Below are positions 36,421 through 49,302 of a DNA stretch of 64,000 nucleotides, piece by piece. Position 1 is the stretch's first letter; each line of letters starts with the position of its first letter. The position numbers were made by a program, and so were the translations under genes. The notes under the pieces are model-generated. The model searched no databases, was not told the DNA's origin, and saw only the letters and a list, made by a program, of their open reading frames with translations. Source of the DNA: Bispira polyomma (Eukaryota); contig OZ287757.1 in the NCBI GenBank assembly GCA_965649765.1, positions 13,454,001 through 13,518,000 on the forward strand, given 5' to 3'.

Positions 36421-36793
36421 GCGTTAGATGGCATTAAACTTGCTGATTCACAACATACCATTGATCAGAGTACAAAAAATTAAATGCTTTTTTATCAATC
36501 TTAATCGCCCTTCACAGGCTAGCTATTGCTTTGGGACATTATTCAGTAAAATGTATCATACCGACAATTCGCTTACAATTAACCCCAAACTATTCAACAC
36601 AAAATGATATAACAATCTTGAATGTATTTAATGGCCATTTAGACATTTCCTCAATACTGTTTAATAATGTTTAATCCTTACTCGTAAAATTACACTTGAG
36701 GTTACCGTAAATGAACATACGTCTAGTTTGCTCACACAATTCATTACATTATCTGTATTTTTTTTCCTTAGTGACTATTTTTATTTAAACAGG

Positions 36794-36999
36794 AAGGAAT
36801 TTAAAATTCACCACTCTATCCGAAATTCGCCACCACTAAAATTTAAGCCAAATCAATAAAACCTGACCAAAAATAACAGGTAAGAAAGGCAAACTAGTCA
36901 TAAAAATGTCCACTTAAGCAAATATTAACAACAATTCTAATCAAAACACAACATTTTTTAGGTAGCGAATTTCAGATTTTGGCAAATTTTAAAGTCCTT
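36794..36999. mobile_element. Small MITE with ~40 bp imperfect TIRs (Mutator-like)
   Basis: AAGGAATTTAAAATTCACCA..TCCGAAATTCGCCACC vs reverse complement AAGGACTTTAAAATTTGCCA..TCTGAAATTCGCTACC. Confidence 0.65.
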
Positions 37000-39900
37000 A
37001 CAAAAAACTATTAAAAATAATTATATATGTTATATATATATGATGTATATATATCCCCAAACCTAGTCTTTGCCATATATATAAATCGTTATTTAACCAG
37101 GTCTTTTACATAGGAAACCCATCACAAAATAAGATAAGGATTAAAAATATAAGATTGACCGCCACGTGCTGAGCAGCAAACAATAGTTACTTCCGAAAAA
37201 AAAAGTTTAATTTTGTGAAGGAAATGAATAAAAAAAAATGAGATAAAAAGGAAATTAGTTTACTGACTTTATTTATTATTTCCACGCTATTAATTGTCAT
37301 GCACATATTGTTCTTGAGATTTTACTCCACAATACCTGATACTGAAACCAGATAATCAAATATATCCGCGTTTCATACTTCTGTGAATGAAAAAACTAGA
37401 TATAATCCCAGAGAATAAAAAACATAGAGTTTCACAATTAATGCTATTAAATTTTTTGAGGGAATAGAATTTCCAGGGTCCGCATTCTGATGTAAAACTG
37501 ATGAAAAATTGTGAAAATTGTTTTATTTAGAAATACCCCTACTCAGTCATTGTATGGTTTAAATAGTTTTCAATATGGAATTGGAAAATGAAGTTAAAGT
37601 TTTTACTTAATTGTACATCAACAGAATATATAGAGCCCTTTAAGTGTTTTAGCTCAAGTCTGCGTTCAGCTTTGGAAAAATAATATGACGACAGACAAAA
37701 GAGTCACGGTAACAAGCAGCATCTCAAATGGATTAGACTTATGTCAAGACTAACACATTGACATTTTAAATTCGCAAAAAATGCCTTGAAACATGAATAA
37801 CAGGAAACACATATTAAAGCTTTTGACTATCTTTTTGCGGCAAAATGTAAAACCTAACAATGCATTATTGTGCAAACTGGAAACTTGTTTTTCTATTTGA
37901 TTATAGAAGTAGTGGCCACTTTGCAAAGCCTTGTCCTTCCGTTCGGAATAAGGTAACATGGCTGACAGAGATTTTCTAGAGAAATAAATGTAATTTTGTT
38001 TTGCCATGTGTTTCCAGTAAATGCAACTTTTAGGTCAGGATTTTTTTTGTTATACACCCCAATATCTAGAGTTATTAAGTAACGACACAGTGGAATTGAA
38101 AATTTATTCTATGACTACTTTTGCTTTAGTAAAATGTAATATGTGATATATGCATAAAATACTGAGAACCTTTACAAGTGTTATACATTTGAGAATTTAA
38201 AGTGCACGGTTACAATGCACTCAAGACAAAATTACTACTGGGGCATTATTCCAAACCACCTAACTCTAACCTAATGATCTAATGATGTGGTCATGACATT
38301 TAATTCAGTATGCAAAATGATAACCAGATTTTATATGTAACATCATATACAAAATTGACAATATAATGCTTACTTGTCAACAGGAAACTTAAAACTTATC
38401 TCTTCAAACTCGATAACCTCCTTAGTTCCTCCCTGTACACCCCCGTAACTTCTTGATGACCACAGTTTGCTTTTGGATTGTCAATTGGTTAATTCTCGAT
38501 TGCATCAATAATGCATGTTAAAAATATAAATCATTTGAGACTGAGATTCTGTTTCCTCTAGTCAGGTTAATAACCTTAGTGATGTTAAGTAAAGTGTATG
38601 GCCAAAACCGATGGCTTTTAACCAAGAACATTTAATTTAAAGAATATGTGATAATGAATAGGAGGCCAGTGTAGATCTTTTAAAGGGGGGGGGGGGGGGG
38701 GGGGGTTGGGGGGGTCATAATCTTCCAGTTTTACTTCTAATGCTAGGAGGCTTTATTAGATCCATGTTTCTTCTGAAGGGTTCAAAGGGTCTCCAAAAAG
38801 CCCATTTCCCGAGCCCTTGCCTTTAATAGGCCCATACCCAGTATTGTTCAACAGCTGATAAAGGTTTAGAAGGGTGCTTCCAATGAAAAAAAACAACAAC
38901 TACAATATAAAAACCATGCCCCAGACACAAAAGAGCTATCACAAACACCAGGAAGTAATTACATCCTTCTCTAAACGGCTAGCTATTAAAGGATACTGAT
39001 TGATCTCGGTTATGCATTTACTTAGAGATACTTGGAATCTTATAAAGTAGTATATAAAGTAGCCTATGCTCTAGTATAATCCTGATCAAACAAATTTCAT
39101 ACTGATGAACACATTTGATATCTCTGGTCAAGTTCACAATTGTTTCTAACTTTTACATAGTTGATCAAACAGTCAATAAGACAAAACAACAACTAGAAAA
39201 ACAACGACAATATTAACTGGAATTCCATATTGCAATTTTGTTGGTAGTTAAATTGTCCGTGTTTTTTAATAGGAAAATAAAATGAGATCATTCTAGCAGA
39301 CTAAAAGATCAATAAAAATAGGAAATTAATGAATATTCTATTATTAAAATAAATGCATAATCTTGTTAGCCTAAATCAAAAAGTTATTTTTCATATTGGA
39401 TAATGGATTTATCACGGTTTACTAGCTATGTCAAACTTCTACTTGTACTAAAATCTAGAACAGAGTTTTAAAAAGATCATGGTTAATACTTTAATGTATG
39501 CCAGGTTATCCATTATAATAAACAATAATATGTACAAACATGTGCCAGAGACAAACTCCAGATCATATATATTTTAACCTTCCTATAAAATGACACTTAA
39601 AGGACATTTTGTAAGGACAGTGACCATATTTTACTGGAGGTAAGACAAAATTATGACCAATTCATGACTAAAAAAAACACATTTATATAACAGCTAAAAA
39701 AGAAATCAAACCCACTGTTCCAAAGTAGTCTAGTGAAAGCAGATGTAAAAAGGCCATTAAGCGGCGGACAGCTCACGAATGTGTTTCATTAATATAACCA
39801 TATTTTTGCTACATTCTGAGGTAATAAAACAGTTTTCATGTAGTGGCAGCAGTGAATTTGATATTTATCCAGTTAAGTGCAAGGAATAAATGATTGAGGG

Positions 39901-42900
39901 TACTGAATTAAGGCTACTTTGCTGATTAATTATTTGAATATTATAGAAGTATGGTTCCTAATCTGGCATTATGCTCAGTTTCCAACTCGGGAAGATATGA
40001 GACTTGTTTAACACTAACAATGAGAACAATGATTCTGATTTATTGAAGATTAACATCACTTTCAACAACTGCATCATCTTATCACAACTGCCAGTTTCGG
40101 GGTGAACAAATTTAATGCTTTAAACCTTTGGACTCTTTCAAATCATTGATCAATAGTATACTTGACATGTATTTGAACTAAACACCAGCACATGACAATA
40201 TCTTCAGTGCAAGTTATTACTTGTATTCGAAGCTATATATGAAGAACTAGAAAAGAGAAAATAAGTTTACTGATCTTATTCATCATTTGCAGCTTATTAA
40301 TTGTAATGCACATATTGTTCTTGAGATTTTTCTCCATGATACCTAATACTGAAACCAGGTAATTAAATATATCAATATTTCATAGCTCTGTGAATAAAAA
40401 AGATAGATACACTATAAAGAAAATGGATTTACCTAGTCTCATCAAAGAATATCGCTGCAACACAAAATTAACACCATAAAATTTATTTGAGGGAATAGAA
40501 TTTGAAGGGTTCTTATTCTAAAAAAATCCCACACAACTCTGAAGAAGACTATGTGAAACTAATATTATTTTAAAATACCCCCTTTTTAATTTAGGCATTG
40601 GTTTAAATAGTTTTCACAACATGATTGGAATATGAAATTCGACTTTACTTAACTGTACATGAGCAAAAGGTATGTAGGCCTTTAAATGTTTGAGCATGAG
40701 TCTGTGTTCAGCTTTTGAAAATAATATGATGACAGACAAAAGAGTCAATGTAACAAGCAGCATCTCAAATGGATCAGGCTGACGTCTAAACTGACACATT
40801 GACATTTTAAATTCACAAAAAGCTTCGAAACATCTATAAAATGAGACACATTTAGGCCGTCGACTATCCTTTTTGGCAAAATAGAAAACATATGCATGAA
40901 CAATAATGGACATTTCTGTTGCAAGCTAATGAAGCTGTATTGCAGCAAAATGGAAACCAAAACAAGGCATTTTTCTGCAAACTGAAAACCTCTTTATCTG
41001 TTTGATTACGGAAGTAAAATGGCCATTTTGCAAAGCCTTGTCCTTCCGTTCAGAATAAGATAACATAGCTGACAGAGATTTGCTAGGGAAATAAAGGTAA
41101 TTTTGTTTTTCCGTGTGTTTCCAGTAAATGCAACTTTAGGACAGGTTTTTTGTTGTTATACACCCTTAAGATCTGAATCCATTAAGTAACGACATAGTGG
41201 GATTTAACATTTATTCTATAGTTACTTTTTCTTGAATGAAATGTGATATATGCATATAATACTAAGAACCTATACAAGTGTTATGCATTTGAAAACTTAA
41301 ACTGCACGGTCACAATTCTCTAAAGGCAATAATACTGAGGGCGCATTATTCCTAACTACCCAACTCTAACCTAATGATCTAATGATGTGGCCATGACATT
41401 TTATTTAGTAAGGGATCACTTTACATTAAAAATCATTTTTTTAACAGCCTGGCTAACATGTGTCAAAAGACATAGACAATGTGATGTTAAGGTAACACGA
41501 TATGTAAAATTTAAAACATATCTCTTCAAACTCGTTAACCCCCATAGTTCTTCACTGTACACTCCCGCCCTTTCTGATGACCACAGTATGTTTTTGAATA
41601 CTCAATTGGTTAAATCTCGATTGCATCATTAAGGCATGTTAAAAATACAAAATACAAATAACTTTGAGACTGAGAGTCTATTTCCTCTAGTCAAGTTAAC
41701 AACCGTTGTAAGTGATGCTACGTATATTGGATCGCCAAAATCGATGGCCTTAAACCAAGAACATTTAATTTGCAGCTGATGTGACAATGAATAGGAAACC
41801 AGTGTAGATCTTTTGAAAGGGAGTGGGGCTCATAATCTTCCAGTTTCACCTCCGATGCTAGGATGCTTTATTGGATCTTTGTCTCTTCTAAAGGGTTCAA
41901 AGGGTCTCCGAAAAGCCCATTTTCTGAACCCTTACCATACCAAGCATGGTGCAACAGCTAAAATACATTTGGGAGGGGACTTCAAGTAGTCAAAAACAAC
42001 AACGATAAAACACTATGCCACAGACACAAAAGAGCTATCACAAAGACCAGGAAGTAATTATATCCTTCTCAAAACAGCTAGCTAGTTGATATATTTTGTT
42101 TAAGTTCACAATTGTTTTTACATAGTTGATCAAACAGTAGACAAGAAAATTAAATAAACAGAAAAAACAACAACAATATTAACTGGAATTCAATATTGCA
42201 TTTTTGTTGAAAGTTTATTTGTCCATGTTAATTCCATGGGATAATTCCAGCAGACTAAATACTCAATAAAAAATAGGAATTTTACAAAACAACTAAATTA
42301 ATGAATTATGTATGTAAAAAGCAATTGAAGGACCAATGCACCTCAGCTAAAATGACGTTGATACACTACATGAGTTAAAACATTGTTTCTATTTTCCTTT
42401 AATGTATAATCTTGTTGGACCAATGCAAAAAGTCTTCCACACATTGGATAATGGATGTATCACTGTTTACTACCTGTCTCAGAGTTTTAGTTGTACTAAA
42501 ACAAAGAACAGGGGTTTATAAAGGTCATTGGTTATACTTTAATTTATTATTCAATCTATATTAAATAAACACCAGTTAATTTTATACATTATAATAAACT
42601 TAAGGTATGTACAAACAAGTTGCAGGCACAAACTTCTGATCATTGATGTATTCATTTAACCTTTTTATAAAATTACAGCAAATATAATGAGATGAAAACA
42701 GGTTCTGCACCCCAGTGGGAAAAACAATATTGATTTTTGCATGAAAAAAACATAATTTGTGCATGTACATACCTGTATATATCTTTCTTCTATTGGGTTT
42801 TCAAGGTTGAGTGGTGGTTACTTATTGCACATAAGATTCGACATTTCCATTAGTAAGTTAGGTCTCCACAATATATATATTTTATCTAGAGATTTCTGCC

Positions 42901-43119
42901 ACCTAATATCAATTTCGCACATGTTCAATATCTTATTACTTTAAATTGTGAGCACAGAGATTAAGAGTCTTGAATGTTGGCAATTCAGATTCCATTTTCT
43001 GTATGCATGTTTGCCAAAAATTGGAGAAACACCTCCGAAATTAAGATAACATTGCATTTACTTATTTTTTACTCTATATGTATCCAATTGAACACAATTG
43101 GATGACCTTAGATACTGTG

Positions 43120-43370
43120 GTACCTAAATGGCCTTGTGGTTAGGGAGTTCGTCAAATGATCAGAGGATTAAGGGTTTCACTCCCGGTACCAGCCGCTAGT
43201 TTTATTGGTGGGATAACATCCTTGGGCAAGAACTGTACAGTGTGCCTGGTGGCTCAGGTGACCACTTATAATGGTAGTCCTGTGTCACTGTATTCTATCC
43301 CCAGTGTCAGACTAAATATCTTGCGAACATTGTTTAATGGTCATCCTCATACCTCTCTCTTCAGTTAGGG
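43120..43370 (+). mobile_element. CORE-like tRNA-derived SINE
   Basis: TGGCCTTGTGGTTAGG A-box, GGGTTTCACTCCC B-box-like, TCCTTGGGCAAG CORE-like motif. Confidence 0.55.
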
Positions 43371-44987
43371 GACTGACAGTAACTGATGCAGTTGACTTTT
43401 CCCCGTCAGGAAAGGGTTAATTAATGAGAGCTCTAAAAACAAGATGAAGCTATATATATACCAGTATAAATATGAATATGAATTATAGTTTATCAGAAGA
43501 GGAAAATCTTTTACATTTAATCTGGGACAAGCTTTGCAGAAAGAGTCTAGAACAAACCACAAAAGATGATAGTTATTATACAGACCAGAAAATATAACCC
43601 AATTTTATCTAAAAATAAGGGGGTGGGGTTGGAACCCCAACATCGTGACCATATTTCACCGTGGGTTGAGACAAAATTATGAAGGATTCATGACTAAAAA
43701 AAACACAGTTATCAAACAGCCATAATATCTATTAAATCCACTGTTCCAAAGTAGTCTAGTGAAAGCAAAAGTAAAAAGGCCATCCAGCGGGGGATAGCTC
43801 ATGCTTGTGTTCCATTAATGTAACGATATTTTTTGCTACATTTTGAGGTAATAAAATAGTGTTAATGTAGTGGCAGCAGTGCATTTGATATTTATTCAGT
43901 TAAGTGCAAGGAATGAAGGATTAAGGGTACTGAATTAACGTAACTTTGTTGATATTTTTTTTGAATATTATATAAGTGTGGTTTCCTTACTTGGCATTAA
44001 GCTCAGTTTCTACGTGTGGAAGATATGAAACTTGTTTAAGACTAACAATGAGAACAATGATTCTGATTACCATCACTTTCAACAACTGCATTGTCTTATC
44101 ACAACAACCAATGTTTTGGTGAAGGAAATCAATACAGAGTAGTTGGTCAAGTTATAGGCACTGCAACCCACTGGCTTTGAGCAATTGTATTCTCACAATT
44201 TTGGACATGCATGACATGACCAAGAATCGAACTCATGACTCCAGAGGTTGGAGTCAATAAATTATCACATATATACCAGCAAGACCCCAAAAGTATCAAT
44301 AGCAAGAAAATAATTAAATGCTTCAAACTTATAGACTCTATAGAAACATTGTTCAAAAATATACTTAACGCGTATTTGAACGAAACACTAGCACATGATA
44401 ACCTATTTACTGCAAGGTATTAATTTTACTCAAAGCTGTATTTCTATAAATAGAAAAAAAGGAAATAAGTTTACTGACCTTATTTAGTATTTGCAGCTTA
44501 TTAATTGTCATGCACATGATACCTAATACTGAAACCAGATAATATATCAACATTTCATGACTTTGTAAATGAAAAAATAGATACACTCCCAGAGAATAAA
44601 AAAATAGATTCACCTAGTCTCCTGAAAAATTGAAGAATTAATGCCAATAAATTTATAGAAGGAATAGTATTTTCAGGGTTCTAATTCTAATGTAAAACTG
44701 AAGAAAAAGGTACCACACAAACTCACTGTGCGAAAATAGTTTTATTTATCAATACTCATATATTAATTAGGTTTTAGTTTAAATAGTTTGAACACAGAAT
44801 TAGAATATGAAGTTGGACTTTACTTAACTGTACATAGGGAGAATATATGCAATCCTTTAAATGTTTAAGCATAAGTCTGTGTTCAGCTTTCGAAAAAAAA
44901 TATGACGACAGATGAAATAGTCAAATGAAACAAGCAGCATCTCAAATCTAGCTTCTGTAAATCTAAATTAGCACAATGACATTTTTC

Positions 44988-45585
44988 AGATGCAGTGAAA
45001 AGGCACTGCAGTCCTTCACAACTACAAAATTGTTAAGATGCCAGGCTAATCAACAGGTAAACGTATGTTGTGTAAACAAGTAAACATTCTCTCTGTTACT
45101 AAGCAAACAACCCTGGGCTGATTCCTTAGTGGCTAAAGAATGGGACAATGGCATTTCCCTTAGAATACTGGTGAGTTTAAATTCATTCATGACATAGTGA
45201 CATGAACTTACAAGTTCCCACCCACCCTGTTCCCAATGAATAGGTCAGTGCCTGATAAGATGTAAAAGGCGTTAACTTAATCAATTGAGAGGTATGTGCA
45301 TTCCTTTAAGCCTGCAAGAGACATTTATATCATTTACCGTGTGGGCTCGATAAGGTTGGTTTTCGGCATGAAGCGCTTCTAATTGTACTACAAGGTTAAT
45401 GGTAAATAATGTAAGTCTTATGCACTGTAAGTAGGATGACAGTTATACGTAACCACAGTATCAGTTGTTTTTAATGATTTGTTTTAGTTATTGGTTCTTG
45501 GTTAGATAAATGAGGCTCTGCTATATAGTAGTCATGTGTAATACAAAGTGGAATAGTGTCTTATCTGAAAGTTAAGGTCACTTAC
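44988..45585 (+). mobile_element. Non-coding terminal piece of the DIRS/Ngaro family inserted in Y3
   Basis: GCAGTGAAAGGCACTGC-AGTCCTTCACAAC...CCAGGCTA matches the 5' end of the 18550-24034 element (reverse complement of ~23965-24027); ends in GTTAAGGTCACTTA. Confidence 0.6.
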
Positions 45586-45701
45586 CAAGACATTTTTATA
45601 CAAACTGGACACCTCGTATCTGTATGATTACGGTAGTAGTGGCCATTTTGCAAAATCTTGCCCTTCCTTTCGGAATAAAATAACATGTCTGGCAGAGATT
45701 T

Positions 45702-47420
45702 GATCATAAAGGCAGATACATGCATGGGTATAAGTTTTTCTGAGAATGGTCCCAATATGACCCCGGATGACAATTTTGTTGCAATGTATGTGTCAACATG
45801 TGGATTAAATTCTGTTGCTGATTCATGACAGATTGCAGTACCTTGTTATTCACAACGTTTGTCAAAATTAAGGGGAATGCAAAATTATAGCAATATATTT
45901 CACTACTGTTTATTCCATTAATCCTGCACATGATACTGCCAATGATGTACATTGAGATAAGATTCATCTGGTATACTTGCACACGTAATGATGTCCCTTA
46001 TCACCCTATGCATCTCAAGAATATGTGTACTGTATGGTTACAGTGTTTCGTTCCTGAAAGTATTGTATACCTGCAAAGAGTAAGGTGAACAAAACCACAG
46101 CACCCATTATTCTGTTGTATGCAAGTAACACCTTCTGAATATGTATGTGCGTTATCAATTATTTCTTTTGAAACATTTTTAATGAGTTCAGCACTACATC
46201 AGTGCTACATTCAGTTGAATTTGAATCGTTGTAAGTGCAACTTAAGTTATTACCATATAGCCACTGCAGGCTTTTATTTCAGTATTTGTGGTATTCAAAC
46301 TATACCCCCCCCCTCCCCCCCACAACCCTAGATACTGAGTTTGCAAAGCTGCAATGTGATTTCTACAGAAACCTTATATGACAGGGCCATGCTGGTTAAC
46401 ATTCTGGGAATCCCTCTCTCCTCATTATCACACAGAGACACCAAGTTAGAAAGCTTACCCTTTGGTGTGAGGTTATTGTTGCACCTTCTATTGTGTGAGA
46501 CTTGGGTGAGACATTGGGTTCTTTGTTTTGAACCACCTGTTTTATCATCTTTAGAGATACACACAACATTGTTTTCATCAAGTGGTGCGACTTTTCCTCT
46601 ATTATTATGTCTTGGGCAACTTTGAAGAAGTAATCATCCCAGTTTTGCTGATTGTGTTCAAGTTTAACTAGTTTATAGTTTTTATTTGCTTCAATACTTC
46701 TTGCAGTACTGTCAATTTTCCAAATTTCAAGGTTTATTTTTGACAATATTAGTGAATCCTCTCCAAAACCAGTCACTCTAAGTAGATTTGTTTGTTGCAT
46801 ATTAAAAAATATGGCCTAGAAAATTGCAACAATTTTAACAAAAACTACAGGGTGGGAAATACTGTAATTCTCACTCCATTTCCCTACTCATTCGTATTTT
46901 TGACCATTTATTTCTATTCCTGCCTTCAAACTCATTATAACCGCAAGACATTTCGTTACGGACAACACCAACATCTTGGTGCAAAATACCTGCCGTTTTA
47001 TGGCTTTTTTGGGGTTTACAACTTTTGCAATTTTAATAGTTTTAGGGACTTGACTTTCTGACTTGATAGTCTGCCTTGGAAGGTATAGCAGAACTACAAC
47101 TGCCTTGTATGTGTCTGAGCATTGACACTCCTTATTCTATCAGCTTTTTTTAACGTTAGACCAGTTTTCTCACTTTGTTCTATCCTGCAAGGTAATACTG
47201 CATTGCTGGCTTTTTGCCTCTTGCCAAGAAAAATTCTGGGTACCATCCAAGAGGGCAATTAAATATTCAATCAATATGGGTTCTTTGTTTTGACTTTTTT
47301 TCTCATCTTTCATTTTACGGTAAAAGCCACCCATACACCACAGGATGAGTCGATTATAATAAGCTTTCTCATTGCTACAGTCAGCTTGCATGCGTTATTG
47401 TCAATACACATCAACACGCC
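45702..47420 (-). mobile_element. Second, heavily decayed DIRS/Ngaro fragment (gag to start of RT)
   Basis: LIALLDGTQNFSWQEAK (cf. LMEDATDFTWQGAK), NFAFPL and SGVILGPFSEKLIPMHVSAFM. Confidence 0.65.
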
Positions 47421-47567
47421 AACCACATCATCCATATGACTAGCCTCAGTAAATGCCATAGATGTTTCACTACATCCAGCTGGATTTGGGATTCCAGCCT
47501 AATGCAGAACGCCTGGACCAAAATTATATTCTCACTCATGGTATTGTCTCTAGTAGTTTCTACAACT

Positions 47568-49302
47568 ATCATCTAATCTAATCTAGTCGTACTTTTATAG
47601 CGCTTAATCTTTGTACAACAAATTCTAAGGCGCAACAAACCCAAAACGTTAATCGAAAATCAAAAATAGTGGGCGGATGGAAGTCGTAACCAGGGAGACT
47701 ATCGTAAATGGTTGCGACGGCTAAGATGGAAAAGCCTGTTCAAAAAGATAGGCCTTCAGCTTACTCCTGAAAGAGGAGAAAGTTTGAGCCAGGCGAACAT
47801 GATCAGGTAGGCTGTTCCAAATGAGGGGGCCATGATGAGCTAGGCAGTGATTAAACTGAACTTTGGATTTGTGGATGCGACGGTCGAAAGTGAAAATTTA
47901 GAAGTTTTGGTCACAATACGTGCCAATGAGTGTTGGATATTCTGAAGGCATCTGAGATCACTACGAGATAAGGAACGGAACAGAGAGTTGCAGTAATCAA
48001 GCCTGCTGCTGACCAAAGCATTGGCAACAGTGATTGCAGTGGATTTGGAAAGATAGCGTCGAATCTGCCTGAAATCACGGAGGCCAACAAAACATGATCT
48101 ACACATGGTTAGAGAAGGAGAATTCAGAGTCGAACACCACACCCAGGTTTCATACTTTGTCAGCTGGAAAAAACCTGCTGCCAAGAATGTCAAGTGGAAA
48201 ACAGCTGGACAATTTTTCCCGTTGCGACTTGGAGCCAAACAAAATAAACTCAGTCTTCTCAGGGTTCAGCTTGAGTGTATTTGCTGCCATCCAGTGTTGT
48301 ACATCAACAAGGCAGTTCTGTAAGGAAGTGAAAGCTGCCTGGGCAGAGTCAGGTGTAAGGTGGATGTACAGTTGGGTATCATCAGCATAGAAGTGAAAGT
48401 TTATGTTTTTGTATGCAGCAATAATCTTGCTGAGTGGAGTGGTGTACATGGAAAACAAAATGGGACCCAGGATGGAACCTTGGGGAACATCAAATTTTAA
48501 CCATGTTGGGTCGGATAAGATATTGCCAAATTTGACTGATTGGAATCTATCAGACAAATATGCCGTGAACCACTTAAGCGCCATACCGCTGATACCGAAC
48601 CAAGACGATAGGCACTCAAGAAGAACTTTGTGATCAATAGTATCAAAGGCTGCTGACAGATCCAGCAGTACTAAGGCAGTAGGCATACCTTTGGATAAAG
48701 ATGTATGAACATCATTTTTGATGCAGAGAAGTGCAGTCTCAGTAGAATGACCACTTTTGTAGGCTGACTGATACTTATTGGACAGATTGCTGACGTCAAC
48801 ATGTTGTTTGATCTGTAAGGCAACTGCGCGTTCTACCAACTTAGAGATATAGCAAAGGCCTGAGACAGGACGGTAATTTTTCAAGTCAGCCTTTGGAAGA
48901 GAAGGTTTTTTTATTAAAGGAGTGATAATAGCCTTTTTAAAATCATCTGGAAAGACGCCATTTATCAACGAGAGGTTGATAAGTTTTGTGATTGAGGGCA
49001 ATAAAATGTCAATACATTCTTTGACAAGGAATGTGGGCCACGGATCTAGCAAGCAAGATTTTACGGGTGATGGCAGTATAATTTTCCTGACTTCATCAAC
49101 AGTTACTGTGGAGAAACAGTTGAAGACGGTTGGTGGAGCTGTTGGTAAGGGGGCATTTGGGGCAGCTAATGTAAAACCGTCACGGATTCTGGTAATTTTA
49201 TCAGTGAAAAAAGTACTAAAAATGTTTGCCAGTGATTTGCTATTGGAATTTTCGGGTAGTATAGTCTGTCTTTTACGGTGGAGGGTGCTATTTAGTTTTT
49301 GC
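47568..49302 (-). mobile_element. 5'-truncated L2 LINE with largely intact RT
   Basis: RT motifs (next feature); C-terminal FRSKLKAYLF; GCGCCTTAG...TAAGCGC 3' stem and (TAGAT)n tail. Confidence 0.92.
48150..49052 (-). CDS. L2/CR1-clade reverse transcriptase domain (retrotransposon ORF2 fragment)
   Basis: KNYRPVS, QSAYKSGHSTETAL, LLDLSAAFDTIDH, VPQGSILGP and FYADDTQLY; frame stays open upstream to ~49300. Confidence 0.9.
   Translation of the reverse strand: MLDPWPTFLVKECIDILLPSITKLINLSLINGVFPDDFKKAIITPLIKKPSLPKADLKNYRPVSGLCYISKLVERAVALQIKQHVDVSNLSNKYQSAYKSGHSTETALLCIKNDVHTSLSKGMPTALVLLDLSAAFDTIDHKVLLECLSSWFGISGMALKWFTAYLSDRFQSVKFGNILSDPTWLKFDVPQGSILGPILFSMYTTPLSKIIAAYKNINFHFYADDTQLYIHLTPDSAQAAFTSLQNCLVDVQHWMAANTLKLNPEKTEFILFGSKSQREKLSSCFPLDILGSRFFPADKV

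Larger units (their letters stand above)
37250..45701 (+). repeat. Tandem array Y: Y1 37250-39600, Y2 39620-43010, Y3 43645-45701
   Basis: Shared anchors, e.g. GTTTACTGA..TTATT at 37258/40266/44469 and AAGCAGCATCTCAAAT at 37714/40754/44932; start shared with X (15430). Confidence 0.88.

Noticed and set aside
40614-40913. Minus-strand signal-peptide-like MLLVTLTLLSVIILFSKAE in the five-copy block
   Set aside because: Paralogs have frame-breaking indels (37.7 kb copy) or lack the ATG (16.4 and 32.9 kb copies)
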